Positions 7,167 to 16,970 of a stretch of 41,293 nucleotides of DNA are shown piece after piece. Made by a program: the position numbers and the translations under genes. Source of the stretch: Candidatus Heimdallarchaeota archaeon (GTDB lineage: Archaea; Asgardarchaeota; Heimdallarchaeia; Heimdallarchaeales; Heimdallarchaeaceae); assembly GCA_018238545.1 (NCBI GenBank), contig JABCTC010000030.1:1-41293 (forward strand), in the 5' to 3' direction. A model generated the notes under the pieces. It was not told the origin of the DNA, ran no database searches, and was given only the letters and a program-made list of their open reading frames with translations. Every line of letters begins with the position of its first letter. Position 1 is the stretch's first letter.

Positions 7167-8210
7167 CTACAAATACAATTTATTTTTTGAAAGCTTAATC
7201 TGTATCAGAGAAACGATAACCCAAATTGGTACTAATACTAGAGGTACTAGATAAACTAAATTGTTTTTTATTTTGTAAATCACTATGGATATATTTTTTA
7301 TTTCAAACCAATATTCAGTTCCTGATGTTAAGATTAGTAAACTAATGCCATAAGGGAGTTCAACAGTTATCGTACCTCTAACATAAAACTTATCTGAAGC
7401 AGCATTCTGATATTCTAAATATATAATCTCAACAGAAGTATTGTACTCTGCTGCTATTATGAGATATGCTTTTTCACCTTGAAGAGGATGTACAGCGCCC
7501 TGAGGCTTTATTCGAATCGAACTACCACTTGCCAAAACAAAGGAGTTTTCATAAACCAATACATAGTTACTATCTTGTATAGCAAGAAATGTACTAAACA
7601 TTAACATTGACATGATAAATACTACTGAACCTAGCTCAATTACTTTCGATAATTTAAGTTTTGAGAAATACTTCTGACTTCTGATGATTTTTTTATTAGT
7701 ATGTTTACTCATGGGCATTCGATAGAATATGTATTTCTTAGTTTTCTTCTTTTCAAATATTGAAGCTAAAAACCCCAATCCCATAAACGCATCCGCTCTT
7801 CTTTTACTACCTTGTAGACTTCCAACTATTGCTACGTATATATATAGAAGACCAAATATAAGATACATAGGAGTCATTAAAAGATGATAAATCCAACCTG
7901 GCTTCCCTTCCATTCTTATTCGAAATTTGTCTTTAGGATTGTAAGAAATTGGTCTGAAATGACTGGATCCTTCTATTATTCTTGTTTCTTTAGGCTGCAA
8001 AACAATCTTAGGTGTTTCATCAAAAATGGCCGGTGTTTTTGAGGATTTCAAATCTACTATAATTTTTATTGTTTGAGGTTTTTTCTTCGGATTAAATAAT
8101 TCTATTTGGTATTCCGGATGATATTGTTCCTCCTCTACAATATCTTTATCCACTTGAAAATTTACTTCTACCCCGTAAAATCTGAAAGATTTCTTTATTT
8201 CATAATCCAT
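7167..8210 (-). CDS. hypothetical membrane protein
   Basis: 347-aa ORF with several hydrophobic segments and an AGGAG SD upstream. Confidence 0.7.
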   Translation of the reverse strand: MDYEIKKSFRFYGVEVNFQVDKDIVEEEQYHPEYQIELFNPKKKPQTIKIIVDLKSSKTPAIFDETPKIVLQPKETRIIEGSSHFRPISYNPKDKFRIRMEGKPGWIYHLLMTPMYLIFGLLYIYVAIVGSLQGSKRRADAFMGLGFLASIFEKKKTKKYIFYRMPMSKHTNKKIIRSQKYFSKLKLSKVIELGSVVFIMSMLMFSTFLAIQDSNYVLVYENSFVLASGSSIRIKPQGAVHPLQGEKAYLIIAAEYNTSVEIIYLEYQNAASDKFYVRGTITVELPYGISLLILTSGTEYWFEIKNISIVIYKIKNNLVYLVPLVLVPIWVIVSLIQIKLSKNKLYL

Positions 8211-8483
8211 TTTAATTTCTCCTGTTTTTTAGCTTTCATTCAATTTTGATACTTGGGAACTAAAAATTTGAATTAGAATCCTCTCTATTCGTTCTTTTTA
8301 TAAAAACTTATCTGACTGCATATTCTATCGAAAACCCTTATTATTTTCTATCCCTTTTCTTTGAAAACGAATAATTTAAGAAAGTAGAATTGGCTTATTC
8401 CTTCCTTCAAAATTAACATAATGAATTTGTAATAAATACACGTAAAATTCATTATTGAGCGCATTAGAGATACTGTGGGGTTC

Positions 8484-9662
8484 TTATTTTAGTCTATTTT
8501 GTTTTTTCTTAGACACAATCACTACAGTGCTAATCCCTAAGGACAGAATTACTGAACCCAGTGTGATTGCAATAGATTCTATGTACCCTTCTTCTGAAGC
8601 TTTGATGATATAATCCGCCACTATTTCTCTAAATGGAAACTCATTTTCATTTAAACTTGATGTGAATACTGCAACAATATCATGCTGTGGAATAACACAT
8701 ATTATCTGTCCTGCCCAACCTAGAGCTAAGTAGGCATCAATTAGTGGATATACCCACCATTGGTATCCGTATTCTGTTCTATATGATAAGAAGATTTTTC
8801 CTTCAGAAGCTTGACTGACCCACTCCTCTGAAACAATTTGATTAACATTCCATGTACCGTTGTTCAGAAACAAATAGCCTAGTTTTGCCATATCTTTTGG
8901 CAATATCTGTAAGCCACTTCCTCCAAAACAAATTCCTTGAGGATCTTCTTCCCAGAAATAATCTGAAAATCCTAGTTTTGAAAAGATTTGATTTTCTGCG
9001 TAATCACGTGTAGATATCCCTGTTGCATTTTCGATGATAGCAGATAGAAGATGTGATCCACCTGAATTATATTTCCATGAATCCCCTGGTTCATCTTCCA
9101 TCGGTTGGTTTAGTACGAATTCAACCCAGTTAGAGCTATCATATAATTGTCTGAAAGTATTTTCAGGATCATAATAAGAGATCTCTTCATTCCATGCAAT
9201 ACCTGAAGTCATTGTTAACAAATGTTCTATGGTTATGTTTTCTTTATTTTCTATATTTGGCACATCAACATGTCCCAAGAATTCTAGAATTTTCTGATCT
9301 ACACTCTCAATATATCCTTCTTCTATAGCTCTACCTATCAAGGTTGAAGTGAAGCTCTTCGTAACTGAATAAACCGGATGCAGCGTCTCTGAACTATAAT
9401 ATGAGAGGTATTCCTCAACTACCATATAACCATCTTTTACGATGAGAACACTGTCTATAGCATAATTGTTCTCGTCAATATATTCAAACATTTCAACAAT
9501 TCTTTCTTCGTTCATCTCTACTTCTTCGAAAGATGCAGATTGCCACGATTCAGTTGGCCAATAGTCTCTCTCTAGACTGCTCTCAGTTAACCCTATTTGA
9601 TTGCTTGATAAAGAAACTATAAACATCATAATTATACAGATAGTGAAATGCCTTTTTTTCAA
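8484..9662 (-). CDS. membrane-anchored serine hydrolase, beta-lactamase/AmpC-like (peptidase S12-like)
   Basis: SVTK (SxxK), LLTMTSG, WKYNS, ALGWAGQ; signal peptide; C-terminal TM plus KKK; GGTGA SD. Confidence 0.92.
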   Translation of the reverse strand: MKKRHFTICIIMMFIVSLSSNQIGLTESSLERDYWPTESWQSASFEEVEMNEERIVEMFEYIDENNYAIDSVLIVKDGYMVVEEYLSYYSSETLHPVYSVTKSFTSTLIGRAIEEGYIESVDQKILEFLGHVDVPNIENKENITIEHLLTMTSGIAWNEEISYYDPENTFRQLYDSSNWVEFVLNQPMEDEPGDSWKYNSGGSHLLSAIIENATGISTRDYAENQIFSKLGFSDYFWEEDPQGICFGGSGLQILPKDMAKLGYLFLNNGTWNVNQIVSEEWVSQASEGKIFLSYRTEYGYQWWVYPLIDAYLALGWAGQIICVIPQHDIVAVFTSSLNENEFPFREIVADYIIKASEEGYIESIAITLGSVILSLGISTVVIVSKKKQNRLK

Positions 9663-9945
9663 ATCGTCACCTTTATGTCTAAATTTATGTTTCAGACACT
9701 AATAAGAGTTAACTTTTCATTTCCAATGATAGAGATTTCAAATAAATATTTTAGAATGTTTTCACAGAATAAATTTTACTTCTGATTAACGACTATATTA
9801 TTACGAAATAAAAAAATTTAAGGAAGATTTCCCAACCTACTTCAAAGTAATAATACTAACTGAAATTGTTTTTGTTGTAATATTTTTTTATTTTTATTTG
9901 AACTCTCTCTTTTCTACAATATGGTAACTCATTCATCCTATTATT

Positions 9946-10608
9946 CTATTCAATTCTTTCTATTTTTCCTTTATTTAATTTTACTTTTACCATTTCAATT
10001 GAAGGGATTTTTGGAATTTTTCGCACATTATATGCCATAAATGGGCTAAAAATCTTCCAATCCATACATGATTTAATTGCTTCCTCTGGGCATTTCAATT
10101 CACAATTAAAACAAGCAATACAATTATTACCAAACTTTGGAAATTCATTAGTTTCCATGCTTATGTTTTTTGTCGGACAAGAATCTACGCAAATTCCACA
10201 TTTTGTGCACTTAGATTTATTTACCTTGAAAAAGCGATAATAAAACTTTTGAACAAACCATTTTTGAGTTGTAAAACGCTCAAAACGATAAATTAATCCT
10301 GGTTTTTCATCAAAATCTTCAGGTTTATAGCCTTCGTCATCTATGTTGGATTTAATGCTTTCACCAAAATTCTTTGCTTCTAATAAATCTTCATCTTTGG
10401 GATGAGATGGGTACGTTTGAACACCGCGTTTTATATATCCAAAGAAGTTTCCTTCACCATTGCACTTAAAATACCCTACATCTCTTCCACCCTTTTTGTT
10501 AAGCTTCTTTCTTATCTGATTTCCAGCATCTCCTATAACAACTGCGTGTAAAACAAATGAGAAGTGTGCTATAATGTTTTTCTTCCTCCCCTGTATTTTC
10601 CTTTTCAA
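9946..10608 (-). pseudogene. flavodoxin/4Fe-4S ferredoxin (EFR1-like), 5'-truncated
   Basis: CTKCGICVDSCP and CIACFNCELKCP; HPKDEDLLEAKNFG flavodoxin tail; no N-terminal flavodoxin S.TGNT loop. Confidence 0.6.
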
Positions 10609-10803
10609 ACCTTACCAACGGCATTTACTTTCGGTTGTCTCTCTCTTTCTTCGCTATTTAAACCCCACAGAAATTAAGTGACAAAAACGAAAAATATTTT
10701 TAGGATTCTTAAGTGAGTTTGAATATTCTATATTTTTTATACTATAATGTTTAAATATACATACTTACTATCTGTTAATTGATTCACTTGGAGTGAGAAA
10801 TTT

Positions 10804-12591
10804 ATGAAAAAGAAAACATCTTTCTATTTGATATTTGGTTTATTAGTTATATCTGCTTTCTCAGCATCTTTGATTCAAAATACTTCAGCTGCAACAGTAT
10901 TTTCTATAACACTCTTATGCCCCAGTACGAATCCTGAAAGAGTGCAATGGGCTTTAATAATTGAGTCTGAGTTACCTGAAATTGGGATTGAAGCAAACAT
11001 GGATTTAACAGGATGGACACCAATAATTTCTAGAACATTCGGATATCCATTAGGAACTTATGATTATATCCCATCTTATGATGAAGGAGGTTATGATGTT
11101 CTGTTTATGAGTTATAGGTGGGACCTTGATATGGATCCTACAGGTTTGTATGAGTCATCATCAATTTACCCAGCTGGGGTCAATTATTATCAATACAATA
11201 ATTCTGAATACGATGCTAATAAGACTCTTTATGATAATGCAGCTATCCCTATTGACCGGACTAACTTAGCCTATAATTTGCAATCGATTCTGTACGAGGA
11301 TTTACCTGTAATTCCAGTTCTCTATCCCACTGATTATTATGTCTATAATGATAATCTGACAGGAATAGATCTTCTTCTACTTAGTTTATCAGATTACAAA
11401 GTTACTGCTTGGGATGATCCTATTGATCATGAAATTAACTACAGCACCCCCTATCAGTTTTTTGAATTTAATACTTTCAGAATTGAAAATCCATATGCTG
11501 ATATGAAGTGGGCTAATCCTATCTATGGTTCACTTTTTACACATATGCAAGGTTCACATTATTATGACTTTGAGATTGCAAACAATTTCGCATACGAAAT
11601 ACATTCTGGAGGAATAAATATAACTGCTACATTGGATTCAGCTGCAGAGTTTAGTGATGGAAGTACTGTACTCCCCTCTGATATAGAATATACTTATGAA
11701 CTTCATATGACACCTGAAGTACTCTCACCTTTTTATGGAGAACTCACTAGTATGTTTTCATCTAATGATTCAATAAGTATTGATGGGTCAGATATCGCTG
11801 GAGGTAAAGTTGTGTTCGATGTTAATCAAATGTTAAACTTTCCTGAAAGCATCTTAAGTTACGGTATTATAGATAAAAGTGAAGTTGAACCACTAATTGC
11901 AACACATGGATATGATATCTTCAATGATGCACCAGGAACAGGAAATGCAGGATGATCTTTAGTGAAATCTTGTGGTCCTATGATGTTAGATTCGTTTAAC
12001 GTGAGTGCAAGCAAAGCTCATCTTATTCCAAACCCTTATTGGCATGGAGATGCTGTGGAATTGACGAACCTTAACTTTGAGTATTATTCTGATAAGAATA
12101 CAGCTTTAGCAAATCTAGTTGCAGGTTCATTGGATTTATTGGATGCTGAGTATAGCTATATTCCTGATGATTTAACTGGATTGGTTGGAATAACAGCAAC
12201 TAAAAGTAAGAGTCTTGAACATCATGAAATAGGTGTAAATATGCGTCATCCAATTTTAGGAACAGGAGAACTAACTCCAGCAGGAACAGCAGAGGCAGGT
12301 AAATATGTCAGAAAAGCTATCAGTCACACCATTCAACGTCAATTATTCGTTGACACACTAATGTATGGTCTAGCTGATCCAGCCACTTCTCCAATCCCAA
12401 ATGGTTGTGTAGGATATGATAATGCACTTGTCCCATATGAGTATAATCTAGATACAGCAAAAACATACATGGAAGCAGCAGGATATAGTTTAATAGTTAT
12501 CTCAGAGTTTTCACAAGGTTATTTATTCCTACTTGGATTACTAGCAGTAAGTTCATCACTGATATTCTTTATTCGAAAGAATAGGCGATAA
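10804..12591 (+). pseudogene. ABC peptide/nickel substrate-binding protein (family 5), circularly permuted, interrupted by in-frame TGA at 11953-11955
   Basis: both ORFs are in one frame (GNAG*SLVKSCGP); motifs FSDGSTVLPSDIEYT, NPYWHG, VRKAISHTI, YNLDTAKTYMEAAG; signal peptide and C-terminal TM. Confidence 0.8.
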
Positions 12592-12669
12592 ATTACATCT
12601 ACCTTCTTTTCCTTTCTTTTTATTCTGAAATTTTTTATAGATAATTCAAATATTATTTACTTGATTTCA

Positions 12670-12822
12670 TTGGATGGACGTTGCATTGTATGTGGGAGTA
12701 GAGAGTTTAAAGATTGCAACAAATGGGTTTATCAAAAAACAGGCGATTTTTGGTCCTATAATTGTTATGTTATTTCATTGTTAGTAATAAAGGCTATAGA
12801 TATAGAGAAGAAGATTCAATGA
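12670..12822 (+). pseudogene. short degenerate zinc-finger ORF paralogous to 13161..13508
   Basis: MDGRCIVCGSREF...GDFWSYNCYVISLL versus MVDKCIVCGKPEV...FFCSFKCYAMSS; not in the ORF track. Confidence 0.55.
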
Positions 12823-13097
12823 AAGAAAGAAGTGTGATTAGAAATTGTTTATATTGTGGAGATATTTTAGAAAAAATAGACGATCAAGAACCAATTTCTT
12901 GTATGAGCTGTGGAAAGAAAACACATATATGTGGAATCTGTTCTCTTCGAATAAATACTCCTGATGAAATCTCCATTGTTGAACCATGTGAGCATACATT
13001 TCACAAACCAGAATTATTTGATTGGATGGAAGATAATGACCATTATCCTCAATTTGAAGGTATAATTGAAAAAATAGATGTTATTCTAACTGACTAA
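12819..13097 (+). CDS. zinc ribbon plus degenerate RING-like domain (possible pseudogene)
   Basis: CLYC..CMSC, CGIC...PCEHTFH...DW...YPQF; terminal CPxC replaced (TAT and TTT are each one change from TGT). Confidence 0.55.
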   Translation: MKERSVIRNCLYCGDILEKIDDQEPISCMSCGKKTHICGICSLRINTPDEISIVEPCEHTFHKPELFDWMEDNDHYPQFEGIIEKIDVILTD

Positions 13098-13160
13098 TCT
13101 TTCTCTTATACCCTAGTTAAAAGATTTATAAAGTAGAAGAATTACATGTGTTTAGATAAT

Positions 13161-13508
13161 ATGGTTGACAAGTGCATTGTTTGTGGTAAACCAGAAGTTA
13201 ATAGTCACTGGAGCAGCAAACAGACTTTCTTTTGCTCATTCAAATGCTATGCTATGAGTTCAGTTAAATTGCTTTTAGTTTTGTCATTTGTTTTCTCTGT
13301 TCTGTTCATTGGTTTTGGAACATGGATAGTATTTACAGATACTGATTTAGATTTGACAACAAGATTAGTTCTTCTAATACCATTTATTACAGCAGAGATT
13401 TTAGGACCTATCCCTGGTTTTGTGATTGCGATAATAGGTTTTTTCTATAATAGAAATGAAACAAAAGAAAAAGATGAATCGGAAGTTTCTGATAAAATGA
13501 AAAAATGA
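13161..13508 (+). CDS. membrane protein with N-terminal CxxC...CSxxC zinc finger
   Basis: CIVC...FCSFKC followed by two TM helices; start may be 13146 or 13161. Confidence 0.7.
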   Translation: MVDKCIVCGKPEVNSHWSSKQTFFCSFKCYAMSSVKLLLVLSFVFSVLFIGFGTWIVFTDTDLDLTTRLVLLIPFITAEILGPIPGFVIAIIGFFYNRNETKEKDESEVSDKMKK

Positions 13509-13785
13509 AGTCAATAAGAAATTATTATTCATTATTTTTGTTTTTTTCCAATAAAATTATTACTTTCATTTCATATTTCTTGAGTTTAAATAGTATTTTG
13601 AATATATACTTATGAAGCTAGTTTATTAGAAACGATCCCCTTCGTGAAATCACCTGAAACCTATTCTCCATTGGAGCTAGCTTCTTCCCCTCCTCTCTTA
13701 CTTCACTTTTTTAATTAAAACCCTTTAAATATTCTCATTGCTTCTAAAGTTATATAAGCGTTCAAGCATTTGGTTGTAGTGGGGT

Positions 13786-14055
13786 ATGATTTTGAATATA
13801 GAAAAAAGGAAACCTAAGTATATTAATGCAGATGGTTACGAGGTCTATCAAAGTGACGATGGAAAATATTACACTATCGTTACTTATGATGAATTTGAGC
13901 TTCAATCTAAAGGTTCTGAAGCTAAATCTGTTGATGAGTGGAAGGAATATTATACCGAGTGGAAAGACAACTATCCTAAAGACAGACAAGATAGTTATGA
14001 GTACAAACGTATCTGTCAACTATTTGAGAAGTTCATCGAAAAGACAGAAAAGTAA
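13786..14055 (+). CDS. hypothetical protein
   Basis: 89-aa ORF with normal composition, TATA-like TTATATAAG and GGGGT upstream. Confidence 0.55.
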   Translation: MILNIEKRKPKYINADGYEVYQSDDGKYYTIVTYDEFELQSKGSEAKSVDEWKEYYTEWKDNYPKDRQDSYEYKRICQLFEKFIEKTEK

Positions 14056-14074
14056 GAAAAGAAGTAAAGGTAGT

Positions 14075-14356
14075 TTATCCTCCAGCGATGAAAGGAATAA
14101 TGGCTATCGTTTGACCATCTTGTAAATCATAATCTTCAAAATTTTCCTTTTTAACATGTGTTTTATCAACTTGAATGGTGTAGAAATCACGTAATTTCCC
14201 TTCATTGTAGAGCAATCTTTCCAATGTCTCACCATACTTTTTCACAAATTCATCAAGAACATAAGGTATAGGTGCATTATCCCTAACATTTATCTCTACT
14301 ACTCGTTCTTTTGTTAGGGTGCGGACTTGACCAAAACAATGAATATTGATGATCAT
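14075..14356 (-). CDS. MoaD/ThiS/SAMP-family ubiquitin-like protein
   Basis: beta-grasp pattern with C-terminal LQDGQTIAIIPFIAGG. Confidence 0.9.
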   Translation of the reverse strand: MIINIHCFGQVRTLTKERVVEINVRDNAPIPYVLDEFVKKYGETLERLLYNEGKLRDFYTIQVDKTHVKKENFEDYDLQDGQTIAIIPFIAGG

Positions 14357-14457
14357 TATTTTAATGAAACGCTGAAATTATTTAAGTTCTACTTTCTACC
14401 TTAAATTTTCTTGCGTGTGTCAAAAAGAAGAAAATAGAAAAAGCAGATTTTTATTAC

Positions 14458-15021
14458 TCACGAGAATCTTGACATAAAGTTGTCTTTAATTTTAGTTGGA
14501 TGATGGGGAATATTATCTAACACGATAGTGTCTTCCTCAACTTTGAGATGCAGTACATTCAATCCAGGTTCTAAAATAGTATCTTTAAGCATCTCTGAAA
14601 TCAAGATTTCATCATCACTCATGTTAAAAGATCTGGCAGTATCTATACCCATCCCTTGGATCATAGTGATATAATCAATAGTAGAAGAAACTGTATCTTG
14701 TCCTCCAGTTGTTGCATAAAGTTCATTATCAATAATAATGATTTTGAGATTTGTTGGCTGAACATGAGCAACAGTTGTCATAGCACTCAATCCCATGAGA
14801 AAATTACCGTCTCCTGTGATAACTAACACTGTTCTATTAGGTTGAGCAAGTGCAAGACCTAATCCAATTGAAACTGGGAGACCCATACTTCCTCGAAGGT
14901 AAATTTGATCACCTTGAAGCAGGTGATAAACTTGTCTACTGACATTACCATTTGAACTAACAATTAATTCTTCACCATTTAAAATGGTACTAAGTTTCGA
15001 GATGACTTCTGCACCTTTCAT
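14458..15021 (-). CDS. comE: sulfopyruvate/phosphonopyruvate decarboxylase beta subunit (TPP-binding)
   Basis: GSMG, GDGNFLMG...IIDN TPP motif, YATTGGQ. Confidence 0.8.
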   Translation of the reverse strand: MKGAEVISKLSTILNGEELIVSSNGNVSRQVYHLLQGDQIYLRGSMGLPVSIGLGLALAQPNRTVLVITGDGNFLMGLSAMTTVAHVQPTNLKIIIIDNELYATTGGQDTVSSTIDYITMIQGMGIDTARSFNMSDDEILISEMLKDTILEPGLNVLHLKVEEDTIVLDNIPHHPTKIKDNFMSRFS

Positions 15022-15542
15022 TCACTTAGAACCCCCTTTTTAACAAGAATACAGACTGGCTTGGATAGTTCTTCCATAACTTCGAGAGCGTTGTCTAAAA
15101 CAACCTTCCAGTTAGTTTCTTTAATAACCCAATAAGGGATTTGATAGGCATCTAGAACAGGTTTTGTGACATCACCCATAATACTATGCTCAGGAAAATC
15201 TTTATCGGGTTCGAGACCTCTATAACTAACAAAAATTAGGAGAGGTATCTTGTAGAGTTGAGTAAGGGAAGTGATAGCGTCACCAATATTAGCTAAACCA
15301 GAATTTTGCATGATAAGAAATGTTCTACCTCCGCCAAGAAAATAACCTGTAGCAATACCTATTGCTTCGTCCTCACGAGTAGCAGGGAGATAGGTGAAAC
15401 GATCGTCCTTTTCAAGAGCAAGAAGCAAATTTCTGAAATAAGAGCAAGGAACACCTGTGGAGAAAGTGAAGTCGTTATCAGAGAGGTAAGAGAGAAAATC
15501 TGCAGAATCAATCATGATCATCACATAATACTTGAAAGGCAA
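15018..15542 (-). CDS. comD: sulfopyruvate/phosphonopyruvate decarboxylase alpha subunit
   Basis: GVPCS, TREDEAIGIATG, MQNSGLAN, SYRG...PEH..MG; overlaps the beta subunit gene; true start probably a few codons downstream. Confidence 0.8.
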   Translation of the reverse strand: MPFKYYVMIMIDSADFLSYLSDNDFTFSTGVPCSYFRNLLLALEKDDRFTYLPATREDEAIGIATGYFLGGGRTFLIMQNSGLANIGDAITSLTQLYKIPLLIFVSYRGLEPDKDFPEHSIMGDVTKPVLDAYQIPYWVIKETNWKVVLDNALEVMEELSKPVCILVKKGVLSE

Positions 15543-15604
15543 TTAAAAAAGGAGTATAAATTCTTTGTGCGAAATCCGCCCCAATTGTCATCGGGTATTG
15601 TGGA

Positions 15605-15765
15605 TACTGGCAACTTTGTGAACCATTAGTCTTGTTTTTGTTGATGTTTCAATAGAGGGATCATGAATATTAATCACTTGAAAAGCTAATTAGCTCGCTC
15701 CTAGACACATTCTGCGGAGGGAAGTTTTGCCTACAGCACCCTCTCCTAACGATTATATCAACTTT
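15605..15765 (-). pseudogene. internally deleted remnant of the adjacent Rab-like GTPase
   Basis: LGEGAVGKTSLRRMCLGAS* (G1) followed about 30 nt later by PSIETSTKTRLMVHKV (G5). Confidence 0.8.
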
Positions 15766-15812
15766 TCAGAGGAGATTAAAAAATATGGTAGAAAAATCGA
15801 AATAAACCAATA

Positions 15813-16379
15813 TTATTTCATACTTTCTAAAGTCAAACTTTCAAAGTAACTAGAAATATTTTCAGCAAGAATACTAAAAACTTTATCAACGTTAAGACCA
15901 GTTTTAGCAGAAGTTTCTAGGTAAGGAACGTAAAATCCAGACCACTCAGAAAGTTGGTCAGCGTACTCTTGAGCATATTCCATAGGAACAGAATATGGAG
16001 TAGATTCGCGCAAATCAGCTTTGTTACCTATTAGTACTATTGGAACTATGCGGTTTTTGTTGTTACGAACTAGTTCATGCAACCAATTAGGGAGAACCTC
16101 ATAAGTCTCTGGACGAGAAATATCAAAAATTAAAAGTGCTCCAGCTGTTCCACGATAGTAAACTTCACGGACTGCAGAGAACCTTTGTTGGCCTGCTAAA
16201 TCCCAAATTTGTAAAGTGTATTCAACCTGATTAAGAGCCATTTTTTTAACTGCAAAATCTGCCCCAATTGTCATCATGTACCCTTCCTTGAAGCTTTCAC
16301 CTAGATATATTCTACGAAGGGAAGTTTTACCAACTGCTCCTTCTCCCAGCAGGGAGATTTTGAAAATTCTTTGGCTCAC
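15813..16379 (-). CDS. Rab-like small GTPase (canonical motifs)
   Basis: GEGAVGKT, TIGADF, WDLAGQQRF, NKAD, ETSAK; likely GTG start at 16379 after GGTGAT. Confidence 0.95.
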   Translation of the reverse strand: MSQRIFKISLLGEGAVGKTSLRRIYLGESFKEGYMMTIGADFAVKKMALNQVEYTLQIWDLAGQQRFSAVREVYYRGTAGALLIFDISRPETYEVLPNWLHELVRNNKNRIVPIVLIGNKADLRESTPYSVPMEYAQEYADQLSEWSGFYVPYLETSAKTGLNVDKVFSILAENISSYFESLTLESMK

Positions 16380-16499
16380 AATATCACCATTTATACATAT
16401 AATTTTACCCAATTATTCTATTTAAACAATTTGATAGAGGGAACGGGCAGTATGTCTGGAAGCCAAAAGAAAGATATATTAGCAATTCAAGGACCATAC

Positions 16500-16970
16500 A
16501 TGGATATTATTCTCAAGCCAATTGGTCATATCGAATCACCTTTCGAAAAAAATGATGATAATATACCTATCCAACCTGGTTTCTCTGAAGCTTTTGGAAC
16601 CGTCATTGTTAATCCTGAATATCTAGATGGTTTAGACGAACTCGATGGTTTTTCTCATATCATACTTCTCTATTGGTTTGATCAAGCAACAGAAGAAAAA
16701 CTCAAGTTTCAACCTTATTTAGATGATGTACCAAAAGGTATTTTTGCAATTCGTCACCCTAATCGTCCCAACAAAATTGGTTTGTCTATTGTTCAATTAG
16801 TCAAAGTTGATGGGGATAAGCTATTAGTTAAAGGGATTGATGTTTTCAATAAAACACCTCTACTAGATATCAAACCTTTTGTACCAGAATTTGATATCCA
16901 TGGTATAGAAGATACTAAGATTGGCTGGTTAGCTGAGAGATTGCGAAATAAAAAAGAAAGTGGTGGATAA
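16500..16970 (+). CDS. trmO: tRNA m6t6A37 methyltransferase TrmO (TsaA)
   Basis: KPIGHIESPF, GLDELDGFSHIILLYWF, GIFAIRHPNRPNKIGLS, TPLLDIKPF; start uncertain (16452 or 16500). Confidence 0.92.
   Translation: MDIILKPIGHIESPFEKNDDNIPIQPGFSEAFGTVIVNPEYLDGLDELDGFSHIILLYWFDQATEEKLKFQPYLDDVPKGIFAIRHPNRPNKIGLSIVQLVKVDGDKLLVKGIDVFNKTPLLDIKPFVPEFDIHGIEDTKIGWLAERLRNKKESGG

Noticed and set aside
11953-11955. Selenocysteine codon
   Set aside because: The protein is not a redox family, there is no Cys-type catalytic context, and no SECIS was recognised.
13762-14125. Alternative ORFs 13762..14019 (-) and 13826..14125 (+)
   Set aside because: They overlap the more plausible 13786..14055 and the Ubl gene.
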